Shown: one piece after another, positions 17,833-27,079 of the stretch | How the letters are laid out: the number at the start of each line of letters is the position of its first letter | How positions within the stretch are numbered: position 1 is the stretch's first letter | Origin: an uncultured Methanosarcinales archaeon | Lineage (GTDB): Archaea; Nanobdellota; Nanobdellia; Woesearchaeales; GW2011-AR9 | Length of the DNA stretch: 64,000 bases | Reading direction: 5' to 3' | NCBI GenBank assembly: GCA_964343575.1 | Contig: CAYFJV010000002.1 | Coordinates: 395,809-459,808 of the forward strand | Program-made: the position numbers and the translations under genes | Notes under the pieces: generated by a model | Databases searched by the model: none | What the model saw: only the letters and a program-made list of their open reading frames with translations | Told to the model about the DNA's origin: nothing

Positions 17833-18111
17833 TTACTCTTCTTCAGAAGAAAGATCTTCCTCTGCTTCATCTTCTGCTAATAAATCATCTACTTCTCTTC
17901 TCTCTTCACCAAGTTCTGCAGTCTCATTAAGTTTCATACAATCAATGCGTTGATGTAGGAATTGTTGTAGACGTTTGGCATCTTCTTCAACTTCGATTAA
18001 AATACTTAAGTCAGAGAAATGTTCTCCTGCGCACTCTTTACAGTAATAATCAAGACTATCTTTAATCTTGTATTCTGCAGGATCGTCGCAGATGATGCAC
18101 TTTTTAGCCAT
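17833..18111 (-). CDS. small zinc-ribbon protein with an acidic C-terminal tail
   Basis: CIIC...CKEC four-Cys motif; D/E-rich tail. Confidence 0.45.
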   Translation of the reverse strand: MAKKCIICDDPAEYKIKDSLDYYCKECAGEHFSDLSILIEVEEDAKRLQQFLHQRIDCMKLNETAELGEERREVDDLLAEDEAEEDLSSEEE

Positions 18112-18179
18112 CTTGTTCTCTTAGAACACGATTCGTTTTAAAAAGCTATCGGGAGAGGAGGATCTGTTTGGTTTTTACT

Positions 18180-19475
18180 TCACTTTTTTAGAATAACTTG
18201 CTCAATTTCTGTAATCTCGTGCTCAGTAATTGCGCTCCCATTGTATTTTACATTCCAAAGCACTGCTGCAAGTAACACACGCTTTGCATTTCTTCCACTT
18301 GGCAGGTAAGCATCAAGTAGACCAAGCTCAAAAGCAAGAGCAACTAACTCGACAGAGCGCAAAATGCAAGGTTTGCCTAACTGCTCCCGAAAGCGTTGTA
18401 CTGCCCCAAAATCCATGATTACTTCATGTTTATTTCTTCTCTCAAGAACTTGTTGCAAAGATTTTTCATCTTCAAGTAGTAGGCGCATGGTACGCTCATC
18501 CATCACAACGGGAGCATCATTTATCATTTGTGAAGCAAGAAGTGTTTCCATCTCACCCGTTTGGATAATTTCCATCCACTTTTTTCCTACTTTAAAGCTT
18601 TTGTTTGCCAAGGATGTAGCAGCCTTGATTTTTGTTTGAGAAATGCCTGGGTGCACTTCTAAGACACCATCACGAATTAGTTTTTGAATCTCAAGAGCTT
18701 CGAACTGGAATCGACGGATACTCATAGGTTTCTCTATCACTTCTTGTTGTACTGCTGGAGTAATAAGGAAACGCCCTCCAAATTTTTCTTTGAGGGCAGG
18801 GAGAATAAAGAGAAGGCGAGACATAGCAAGACTAATTAATGGTCCAGCATCAAAAAAAAGAACTTTTTCTTTGTTTTGATTGTTTTTGTCAAAGTTGAAG
18901 AGAGAATGAGCAGTTTGTAGACGTTTGTTTGCTTGCACCTTCTCATGTCTGTGGCTGTGAGAGACACTTGAACCCGTTCCGCCCACATGAGTTAGGATAT
19001 CCCATTCTGTAATTCCCATGATCTCTGCAGCTCGTTTGGTGGAAAGCCCATGGTCGAGTAAAGTAACACCTTTGGTTACTTTTGCTGCGTAAAGCACATC
19101 TCTGACATGTGTTTTTACACTTTGGTTGCAACTTTTGATAAGAGAAAACATTCTTCCCAAAGATCGAGTATAAGCTCCGAAATTTTTTTGCTCAAGATGT
19201 TTTCGAGCGTTTTTGAGTTCACGAACTAACTTTTGATATTTTTCGCCTTGTACACAGTAGAATACCTTGTAAATAGAATAGATCAGTACTGCAAGAGAGA
19301 CTGCATCTGTGTTTTTGTAGAGTGCAACATCTTTGATGGTGTGGTCGCTGAGTTCTCTGAGTTCGTGCACATCTTTTGCTTCTTTGTGCTCAAGAATATC
19401 GATTGCCCGCCCAATATCTTTGATCAGGCTCTTTCGCTCCACCTCTTTCATGCTTTTAAGAAAAGAGAAGAACAT
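18180..19475 (-). CDS. hypothetical protein with a possible HTH and a PIN-like C-terminal region
   Basis: 431-aa ORF; LSTKRAAEIMGITEWDIL is HTH-like; VLFFDAGPLISLAM resembles the start of a PIN domain; weak. Confidence 0.45.
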   Translation of the reverse strand: MFFSFLKSMKEVERKSLIKDIGRAIDILEHKEAKDVHELRELSDHTIKDVALYKNTDAVSLAVLIYSIYKVFYCVQGEKYQKLVRELKNARKHLEQKNFGAYTRSLGRMFSLIKSCNQSVKTHVRDVLYAAKVTKGVTLLDHGLSTKRAAEIMGITEWDILTHVGGTGSSVSHSHRHEKVQANKRLQTAHSLFNFDKNNQNKEKVLFFDAGPLISLAMSRLLFILPALKEKFGGRFLITPAVQQEVIEKPMSIRRFQFEALEIQKLIRDGVLEVHPGISQTKIKAATSLANKSFKVGKKWMEIIQTGEMETLLASQMINDAPVVMDERTMRLLLEDEKSLQQVLERRNKHEVIMDFGAVQRFREQLGKPCILRSVELVALAFELGLLDAYLPSGRNAKRVLLAAVLWNVKYNGSAITEHEITEIEQVILKK

Positions 19476-19518
19476 TTATTAAACTACCTTTTGACTTAGG
19501 AAGAAGAGATGAGAAGAT

Positions 19519-19590
19519 GGGCCAGTGGTCTAATGGTATGGCGCTCGCTTGGCTAGCGGGAAACTCCGGGTTCAACTCCCGGCTGGTCCA
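19519..19590 (+). tRNA. tRNA-Ala (anticodon GGC)
   Basis: Manual fold: acceptor GGGCCAG/CTGGTCC with the G3:U70 alanine identity pair, anticodon stem CTCGC/GCGGG with loop TT-GGC-TA, T arm CCGGG-TTCAACT-CCCGG, discriminator A, no encoded CCA. Confidence 0.85.
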
Positions 19591-19622
19591 CTTTTGAAAA
19601 TAAATGAAAGCAAAGGAAAAAA

Positions 19623-20030
19623 ATGATTCGGTTACTTTGTCAAGGGAAGGTAAGGAAAGCTTATGTCAAGGAAGGTATGGATGTTTTTCTTAAGCGTTTA
19701 GGGAAATATTCTAAGGTAGAATACATTGAGAAGAATCAGTTTAAAGAAAGCGATTTCAAAGGTTTTACTATTGCGCTTGATGTCAAGGGAAAAGAACTTT
19801 CTTCAGAAAAGTTTGCTGATCTGCTTAAGAGAGTGGATTTTGATCATTCCCAGATTACTTTTTTTGTAGGAGAAGCAGAAGGTTTGCCGCAGTTTGTTTT
19901 AGATGCTTGTGATATGAAGATCTCTTTGAGCAAAATGACTTTTCCAAATGAACTCGTTCGCTTGATCTTTCTTGAACAATTGTATCGGGCTTACACCATT
20001 ATCAACAATGAGCCTTATCATAAAACATGA
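19623..20030 (+). CDS. rlmH: 23S rRNA (pseudouridine-N3)-methyltransferase RlmH (SPOUT family)
   Basis: 135-aa protein collinear with RlmH, including the C-terminal E..YRA..I..N.PYH motif. Confidence 0.75.
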   Translation: MIRLLCQGKVRKAYVKEGMDVFLKRLGKYSKVEYIEKNQFKESDFKGFTIALDVKGKELSSEKFADLLKRVDFDHSQITFFVGEAEGLPQFVLDACDMKISLSKMTFPNELVRLIFLEQLYRAYTIINNEPYHKT

Positions 20031-20048
20031 GAAACTACGAAGTTAAAA

Positions 20049-21518
20049 CTATTCTTCAACAAGTTCTCCAACAATACTTCGGAGCATATGCCCGGTAACT
20101 TTTACTTTAATTTTCTTGTTTAGAGGTAGCCTTCCTTTAATCCCAATCACAAGCGGATAAGTTCCCATCTGCCGAGCAAAGGTTGTTTTCCCATCATAGA
20201 TCTCTGTCCAGACATCAGAGAGCACAGTCCCTACTGGTACTAACTTTTCAAGGAGAGGGTTGTCAATTTCTTGACGAATCTGGTTACGCCATTTCCAATA
20301 ATATTGTTTATTTTTCTTCACATACTTGTTCCCACAAAGCTTTTCGAGAAGTGTGTTTGGAAGCACAGCTACTTGACGCACATTGATTCTTCTGAGTAGC
20401 AAGTTATTGTCAAGGATTTTGTGCAGAGCTTTCATGTTATTCTCATGGCTTTCTTTATTTTCTTTGCAAAGTCCAAATATGATATTAATCCCAGGGAGAA
20501 ATTTGTGTAAACCATTCTTTCCACGAACTGCGCCGTGTTTATTTATAATCTCAATTGCTTTGTGAGCAATAATCGGGGCTGTGTTTAGTTTGTTTTCTTT
20601 GACTACTTTGGGATCAAAGCTTTCTACTCCAAAGGCGGCAATGTTTCCAGGTGAGCAGTGTTCAACGATTGCTTTGGTGATCTCTTCTCCGCCAGGAGCT
20701 ACCACTGAGTTAGGGTTTACATTGTCGATGTGTAGCACTTCAATATCTGGGCAGCTTTCTCTAATTTGTTTGAGAAGTTCAATGGGTCTATCGCTTGCAT
20801 AGAAGTCGGCTTGCTTTCCTAATCGAAAATAGCGTGCGCCCGCCTTGTAATAAGCTCGCACTTCGGCAAGCACTTCTTCCATCTTTCTGTTCACAAAGTT
20901 GTTTTTGATTGGTTCGGTACAGAAGCTACACTTGCCAATTTTACATCCTCTTCCGGTTTCAATCTCGATCATGAGGCGATAAGGAATTTGGTTGAGGAGC
21001 TCTGCTCCTTTGGGAGCTAGTCTTGCTAGTTGATCAAAAGAAAGGCCAAAACTTTTTTTCTCATCAAAGATAGAAAGATCTTCTTTTTCTGCGAATTTTC
21101 CTCCCTCTAATTGTGTCCCAAAAAGAACTGGTCCTGTGAGGATTTTTTTCATTTTTGGGTTTAGGTCCTTGAGTAAGGGGATGACTTCGCGAAGTGTTCC
21201 TGGAAGTGCGCTGAGATACTTTCCTGGTACATGTACACCCACAAGAACAATAAGGGTGTCGGTGTTTTTTAGAGTGTCCTCTGCTTTGTTTTTTGTGAGA
21301 TTATAGATCTTAATATTGGTTTTATCTTTTTCAGTTACTTTCTTTATTTTATTGTTGTAGCTTTTCCAAAGTCGAAGATCATCAATAGTGAGGTAATTTA
21401 CTTCGTGTCCTTCGCTTGTAAGTTGTGCATAGATGTAGCGAGGATAAGTTCCTAAATAAGGGGGGACTCCTAGTCCGGAAGCTTCATCGGTGTAACAGTC
21501 TAAGATGGTGTAACGCAT
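20049..21518 (-). CDS. radical SAM domain protein with an N-terminal B12-binding-like domain
   Basis: CKIGKCSFC (CxxxCxxC) radical-SAM cluster motif following an N-terminal Rossmann-like region; 489 aa. Confidence 0.7.
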   Translation of the reverse strand: MRYTILDCYTDEASGLGVPPYLGTYPRYIYAQLTSEGHEVNYLTIDDLRLWKSYNNKIKKVTEKDKTNIKIYNLTKNKAEDTLKNTDTLIVLVGVHVPGKYLSALPGTLREVIPLLKDLNPKMKKILTGPVLFGTQLEGGKFAEKEDLSIFDEKKSFGLSFDQLARLAPKGAELLNQIPYRLMIEIETGRGCKIGKCSFCTEPIKNNFVNRKMEEVLAEVRAYYKAGARYFRLGKQADFYASDRPIELLKQIRESCPDIEVLHIDNVNPNSVVAPGGEEITKAIVEHCSPGNIAAFGVESFDPKVVKENKLNTAPIIAHKAIEIINKHGAVRGKNGLHKFLPGINIIFGLCKENKESHENNMKALHKILDNNLLLRRINVRQVAVLPNTLLEKLCGNKYVKKNKQYYWKWRNQIRQEIDNPLLEKLVPVGTVLSDVWTEIYDGKTTFARQMGTYPLVIGIKGRLPLNKKIKVKVTGHMLRSIVGELVEE

Positions 21519-21628
21519 AGGTCAAAAAAGCCAAGCTTCTTTTATAAAAGGTTCTTTAGAAAGAGAGAATGAGAGCACAATAATCTTTTTAAGAAAAAGT
21601 TGGATCCAAAAATGTAAGAGGTGTTATT

Positions 21629-22321
21629 GTGGCAGATTTGCATATTGGTGTTGTGGGAAATATTGGGGCAGGGAAGTCTACTCTTGTTGAGAAGATGAAA
21701 AGCCCTCGTTTCAAAGAACTTCTTTTTCAACGGCTTTCACACTTGATCTCAAATAGAGAGATTCTTACCTTTAGTGAAGAGTTTGATGAAAGCATTTTAG
21801 AAAAGTTCTATTTGGATCCCAAACGTTATGCGTTGATGGCCCAGCTTGAGTTTTTTAATGGAAGATTTACCAGGCAAGAACGCATTGCAGTTAATGGGGG
21901 CATTGCTGTAGAAGATCGAACACTTAAGGAGGATTATCACGTTTTTGGAAAGGCTCAGAAAATCCAGGAGAATATGACTTTGGAAGAGTTCAAAGCTTAT
22001 GAGAAAATGTTCAAGCTGTTTACTCAAAAAATGTCTGGTCCCGATGTTATCATTTATCTTCGAGCAGATGTGGGAACAATCTTGAAGCGGATTGCCAAGA
22101 GAGGACGTGATGCTGAGAAAGAGATCTCTATAGAGTATCTCAGTTTACTTGCTTATCTTTACGAATCCTTTATTGCAAATCATTGTTCTTGTCCAGTGAT
22201 TATTATAGATGCAAATCAAGAAGCAGAGACTGAGGAATACTTTGAACTGATCATGAACCAGCTGATTCAAAAGGTGCTTTCTTTGCGAGAAAGTGAGCAG
22301 TATCTCAATAAAAACCTTTAA
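21629..22321 (+). CDS. deoxynucleoside kinase family protein (dAK/dGK/dCK-like)
   Basis: P-loop VVGNIGAGKST at the N-terminus and a DR..KEDYHVF (ERS-like) motif; about 230 aa. Confidence 0.6.
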   Translation: MADLHIGVVGNIGAGKSTLVEKMKSPRFKELLFQRLSHLISNREILTFSEEFDESILEKFYLDPKRYALMAQLEFFNGRFTRQERIAVNGGIAVEDRTLKEDYHVFGKAQKIQENMTLEEFKAYEKMFKLFTQKMSGPDVIIYLRADVGTILKRIAKRGRDAEKEISIEYLSLLAYLYESFIANHCSCPVIIIDANQEAETEEYFELIMNQLIQKVLSLRESEQYLNKNL

Positions 22322-22348
22322 AAAAGGATCTCAATTCTGCCCTTGCAC

Positions 22349-22422
22349 GGCCCCGTGGCTTAGCCTGGTAGAGCGCACGACTGATAATCGTGAGGTCCGG
22401 AGTTCAAATCTCCGCGGGGCCA
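22349..22422 (+). tRNA. tRNA-Ile (anticodon GAT)
   Basis: Manual fold: acceptor GGCCCCG/CGGGGCC, D stem GCTT/GAGC, anticodon stem CACGA/TCGTG with loop CT-GAT-AA, T arm CGGAG-TTCAAAT-CTCCG. Confidence 0.85.
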
Positions 22423-22516
22423 CTTCTTTTATCTGTTTTTTTATCTCTCAATAGTCTTTGTTAGGTTTCGTTAGTTTTTTAAACCTGAAGATAGGAAAAG
22501 AAAGTGGTGATTTATT

Positions 22517-23260
22517 ATGAAAAAACATCTCGAAAAACCAATGATTCAAGGACTCTTTCTTCTTGTGATCATTGCAGGGCTTTTCTTTCTTATTGGAAGT
22601 CAGCAAAGTCTTGCAGAGAAGGATACCATTAGTGTTAGCGGGGCAGCGCAGTTGGCTACAACTCCTGATCAAGCAGTATTAAGTTTTAGTGTGGAGACTG
22701 TTGCAAATACTGCTGGGGATGCGCAAAATGAGAACAGTGTAATCATGGATGGATTGCAGGCGGCACTTGTTGAAGAAGGAATCTCAGAGGAAGATATTGA
22801 GACTACTTATTATTCTTTACATGAGCAGCAAGAGTATGATTATGATAGCCGAAGCTATGTTGATAATGGTTTTAGAGCATTTCATAGTATCTCTGTAACT
22901 ACTCATAATATTGATAGAATTGGAGAGTATTTGGATATTGCTGCAAACGCTGGAGTGACGCACATTGGGAACATTAATTTTGTAATCTCAGATGAGGCAG
23001 AAGCAAAAGTGAAACAAGATCTTCTTGGTCAAGCAGCCTTTGATGCTGAACAGAAAGCAGCGTTGATTGCAGATGGTTTGGGAGTTGGTCTTGGAAAGGC
23101 AGTCTCTGTCGTAGAGACGAGCTATTCTCCGTTTTATTATGCAAGGGCTGCTGGCGGAAGTTATGCAATTGAAGAAGCAGATCTTGCGGTTGAAGTGCCG
23201 ATTGCTCCGCAAGAAGTTGATCTCAGTGTAGATATTACTGTGGAGTTTTTGATAAAATAG
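22517..23260 (+). CDS. SIMPL domain (DUF541, BP26/OMP28-like) secreted or membrane-anchored protein
   Basis: N-terminal TM/signal segment, then TISVSGAAQLATTPDQAVLSFSVET...A..NA.. as in SIMPL-domain proteins. Confidence 0.55.
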   Translation: MKKHLEKPMIQGLFLLVIIAGLFFLIGSQQSLAEKDTISVSGAAQLATTPDQAVLSFSVETVANTAGDAQNENSVIMDGLQAALVEEGISEEDIETTYYSLHEQQEYDYDSRSYVDNGFRAFHSISVTTHNIDRIGEYLDIAANAGVTHIGNINFVISDEAEAKVKQDLLGQAAFDAEQKAALIADGLGVGLGKAVSVVETSYSPFYYARAAGGSYAIEEADLAVEVPIAPQEVDLSVDITVEFLIK

Positions 23261-23465
23261 GAACTTTAATTGTTCTTTTCCTTATTTTTCTTTTTTAATC
23301 TCTTTCTCTTCTTTCTTTTTTAGTTTTCTTTCTTTTTATTGAGAATATAGTTTGAGCAGTCTAAATCTTTAAATAGCAGTTTTCGCCCTTTGTTGTCATT
23401 CAAAAATGCTAAAACACTCGGCTCTGAGTAGAAGCAGAGCTTGATTCAAAAGGGGGAGAGGGAAA

Positions 23466-24473
23466 ATGAGGAAAATTTCACTATTATTACTGGTTGTACT
23501 TCTAGCGGCGACTTTACTGTTAAGCGGCTGTCTTAATTACAAGGCTTATGATGTTCCGGAGGAGGAAACAACAGAAGAAGACCAGGATCTTTTGGCAGAA
23601 ATTGCAGAGATTGAGCGGCAACTTGAAGAAAATGATCTAGTGAGTGATACTGAAGAGCTTACTGTTGTTGAGGAAGAAGTAGCACTTCCTGATTTTGGCG
23701 AAGAAAGTGCAGAAACTATCATTATTGAAGTTGATGAAAGTGATCTTGTTAAACTGAACCATGTGATTATTGATCCGGATAACGATCATATCGAATACGC
23801 TTTCTTGCCGCCCTTAAGTTCTCTTGGGGTTTGGCAAACAAACTATGGTGATGCGGGAGAGTATTATTCTACACTTACTGCAAGTGATGGGGTGCACACT
23901 ACTGAGCAAGAACTTTTACTTGTGGTAAACAGGGTGAATGTTGCTCCTGAGCTTGACGGTGTTCGAGATATGACTTATCGTGAAGGAGACCAAATTACTT
24001 TTGATCCAATCGTGAGTGATCCAAACAAAGATGCAGTGAGCATTACTGTTTCTGAGCCGCTTTCTGAAGGAGTTTGGCTGACAGATCACACTAGCGCAGG
24101 AGAATATGAAATCATTGTTACTGCAAGTGATGGTGAGTTAAGCACAGAAGAGACTTTCTTCTTGACTATTCAGGATGTGAATGTACTTCCAACAGTTGAA
24201 GGTTTAGATCGAGAAGTGCGGATCATGGAAGGAGAGACTGTTGAGCTTAGCCCAAGCATTGAAGATCTTGATGGTGATTACCTTAGTGTCCGCATTAGTG
24301 AACCAGTAGGAGATGATGGTATCTGGGAGACTGGCTTTACTGACCATGGAACTTATGATGTAACTATCACTGTAGATGATGGTAAAGATGTGGTGCGAGA
24401 GGTAGTGACTGTTATCGTAGAAGATATCAACATGCCGCCACAGATCATCGATGTCTCTCTTGCTTTAGAGTAG
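23466..24473 (+). CDS. surface lipoprotein-like protein with about 3 dystroglycan-type cadherin-like (CADG/He_PIG-like) repeats
   Basis: Signal peptide with an LSGC lipobox-like motif. Repeats of about 90 aa: V/I-DPD.D...Y.F....GxW.T.Y.DAGEY...TASDG......VNV.P. Confidence 0.65.
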   Translation: MRKISLLLLVVLLAATLLLSGCLNYKAYDVPEEETTEEDQDLLAEIAEIERQLEENDLVSDTEELTVVEEEVALPDFGEESAETIIIEVDESDLVKLNHVIIDPDNDHIEYAFLPPLSSLGVWQTNYGDAGEYYSTLTASDGVHTTEQELLLVVNRVNVAPELDGVRDMTYREGDQITFDPIVSDPNKDAVSITVSEPLSEGVWLTDHTSAGEYEIIVTASDGELSTEETFFLTIQDVNVLPTVEGLDREVRIMEGETVELSPSIEDLDGDYLSVRISEPVGDDGIWETGFTDHGTYDVTITVDDGKDVVREVVTVIVEDINMPPQIIDVSLALE

Positions 24474-24596
24474 ATGTATCAGTTGATGTATCTTAGAAGT
24501 ATTTTTCTTTTTTTTATCTTTATATCATAGATGTGAGCAACAAGCAGAATTAAAAGGGGATGATGGATAATTCACCTAGAGGAGAATTCGAAAACC

Positions 24597-26969
24597 ATGA
24601 AAAAAACACTTACACTCATCATCCTTTTACTCCTTGGCTGCGCCCTTCTTTCTAGCAGCATTTTGGCAGTAAAGACTTTCACTGTACAAGAAACTGACGA
24701 GCTTGACTTAATGCCAGAGGCAATTGATCCTGATGGAGATCAAGTAGTTTATTATTTCCCTCCGCCTTTTGATGATGAAGGAGTTTGGGAAACTGGTTTT
24801 GAAGATGCTGGGGAGTATCTGATTGACATTACTGCAAGTGATGGTCAAGAGCAGGATGTAGAAACTGTTAAAATAATTGTAACTAATAAGAACCAAGCCC
24901 CGACCTTTAGTGAGAGTAGTATTACTGTGCAAGAAGGAGATTTAGTTGATCTTACTGAATACATTGTTGATCCAGATGAAGATATTCTTGACTTTGACTT
25001 TGAAGGGCCTTTTGATCAAGGAGGACAGTGGCAAACTACTTTTGATGATGCTGGTCGCTATGTTATTGATGTTGTTGCTGATGATGGAGAGATAATTGTT
25101 GAGGATCGTTTTGAGGTTCTAGTTGAAAATGTTAACCAAGCTCCTGTAATTGAGGGTCTTTTTAGTGAAGATGATGAGTACGTAATCTACCTTAGCGAAG
25201 GAGATTTGTTTAGTTTTGATATTGATGTTGTCGATTATGATGGTGATGTGCTCTCTATTATCTGGGACATCGGTGGTATTTTAGTTGGGGATGGAGAGGC
25301 AAGTATCGTTGAATTGGGCTATGATAGTGCTGGAGAACACATTCTTACTGTTCGCATAAGTGATGGACAAGAAGAAGTTGTCAAGGAGTGGCGTCTTATC
25401 ATTGCGGATACCAATCGAGCACCAAGTGTTGGTGATCAAGAACTTACTGTGTATGAAACGGAAGTTGTTAGGGTAGTTGATCTTCCGAGTACTGATATTG
25501 ATGGAGATGCACTTAGTTATAGTTTTGAGGCGCCCCTTACTAGTGAAGGAGATTGGACAACAAATTATGAAAATGCGGGAAGTTATACTGTGCTAGGGAC
25601 TGTGAGTGATGGAGAGTTAAGCTCAACTTTTGAAATCTCTATTGAAGTGATTGATGTTGATCGCGCCCCTGAAATTTATGGCACTGAGCGAATTGAACTT
25701 GCTGAGAGCCAAGAACTTCTTTGGGGTTTACATGCAAGTGATCCTGATGGTGATGAAGTGAGTTTTGAGCTAAGTGGTCTTCCTGATGATGCTGTCTTTG
25801 ATGACAAGGATAACACTGTGAGTTGGGTTCCAAGCTATGATCATGTCGTTAGGAGTGAGAACTTCTTTTCAAATTTTTTGAATGCAATCAGGGTGGAGAA
25901 CTTTCTTTTTGGGAAAGAGAAAGCTGTGGTTGAGATTCGTGCTTGTGGTAAAGAACTTTGTAGCAGCAGAGAAGTGGAACTTGTAGTGAGTAATACCAAT
26001 CGAGCTCCAAGCGTGACTGAAGTGTATAACCAAGAAATAAATGAGAATGAGGAGATTACACTCTTTGTTGAAGGAAGTGATCCTGATGGAGATGTTTTGC
26101 GCTATACTTTTAGTGAACCATTGGGTCTTCGAACAGGATATTGGCAAACAAGTTATGAAGATGCAGGCGAGCATGTTGTGTATGTGACTGCAAGTGATGG
26201 TTTTGCAAGCAGTACTGAAGAAGTAATTATTACTGTGAATAATATTAATAGGTTGCCGAGTATTTCAGTTCCAGATGAGAAAATTCAAGTAAATGAAGGG
26301 GAGGCATTTAGTTTTACAGTAGAAGCCTTTGATCCAGATGGAGATTATTTAGAAATTGTGGCGAACAATCTTCCAGTAGGTGCATCTTTTGTTGATAATG
26401 TTTTTAGTTGGCAAGCAAGCTATGATACGGTTGAGAACAGAAGTACAAGTTTTTGGAACGGATTGGTGAGTCATACTCCTTACACAAATAAGAAGTTGAG
26501 TCAGGACATGGCTACAGAGTGGATTGAGTTTAGTGTGAGTGATGGTGAGTTTAGCGCAGTAGTTCCTGTGGAAATCCAAGTGAAAAATGTGAATCGTCTT
26601 CCTGTAATTCATGAAGCACTTCCAAGTAATGGTGCGGTTCTTAATGCTCAAGTGCAAGGAGATGCGCTTATCTTTAGTGTAGAAGCAGACGATCTTGACC
26701 ATGATGAGCTTACTTACACTTGGTCTTTTGGTGGTGGTTTTGACCTGACTAAGGTTAAAGGAGAAGATGCTACTAGTATTAGTCGGGTTTTTAGCACTGC
26801 TGGAGAGAAAACGGTGAAAGTAAAAGTAAGTGATGGAAGAAATAGTGCAAAGTATAAGTGGACCATTGATGCTGATGGAAACGGTGGTTATACTGTTGTT
26901 ACTACGCAACCGGTCGTTACCCCTGCGCCTTTTACTTATCGAATCTTTACTATTGAAAATTGGAAGTAG
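24597..26969 (+). CDS. large cell-surface protein with about 8 cadherin-like (CADG-type) repeats; putative adhesin
   Basis: Signal peptide; many repeats with DPDGD.L.Y.F, G.W.T.Y.DAG.Y.V.VTASDG and VNRAP/TNRAP motifs; 790 aa. Confidence 0.7.
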   Translation: MKKTLTLIILLLLGCALLSSSILAVKTFTVQETDELDLMPEAIDPDGDQVVYYFPPPFDDEGVWETGFEDAGEYLIDITASDGQEQDVETVKIIVTNKNQAPTFSESSITVQEGDLVDLTEYIVDPDEDILDFDFEGPFDQGGQWQTTFDDAGRYVIDVVADDGEIIVEDRFEVLVENVNQAPVIEGLFSEDDEYVIYLSEGDLFSFDIDVVDYDGDVLSIIWDIGGILVGDGEASIVELGYDSAGEHILTVRISDGQEEVVKEWRLIIADTNRAPSVGDQELTVYETEVVRVVDLPSTDIDGDALSYSFEAPLTSEGDWTTNYENAGSYTVLGTVSDGELSSTFEISIEVIDVDRAPEIYGTERIELAESQELLWGLHASDPDGDEVSFELSGLPDDAVFDDKDNTVSWVPSYDHVVRSENFFSNFLNAIRVENFLFGKEKAVVEIRACGKELCSSREVELVVSNTNRAPSVTEVYNQEINENEEITLFVEGSDPDGDVLRYTFSEPLGLRTGYWQTSYEDAGEHVVYVTASDGFASSTEEVIITVNNINRLPSISVPDEKIQVNEGEAFSFTVEAFDPDGDYLEIVANNLPVGASFVDNVFSWQASYDTVENRSTSFWNGLVSHTPYTNKKLSQDMATEWIEFSVSDGEFSAVVPVEIQVKNVNRLPVIHEALPSNGAVLNAQVQGDALIFSVEADDLDHDELTYTWSFGGGFDLTKVKGEDATSISRVFSTAGEKTVKVKVSDGRNSAKYKWTIDADGNGGYTVVTTQPVVTPAPFTYRIFTIENWK

Positions 26970-27045
26970 TTTTTTTTCTTCTTTTCTCTTCTTTACCTTT
27001 TTCTTCTTTTTCTTTTCTAGTTTTTTATTCTCATTTTTGATCCAA
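26970..27045 (+). terminator. polypyrimidine/T-rich tract downstream of the adhesin gene (archaeal-type terminator). Similar tracts follow 23261 (about 23275..23345), 34124 (about 34125..34180), 62386 (about 62390..62460) and 62589.
   Basis: Long CT-rich runs with multiple T4-T8 stretches immediately 3' of stop codons. Confidence 0.4.
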
Positions 27046-27079
27046 ATGTATTTAAGCAAGCAGGTCTCTTGGTTTTTCT

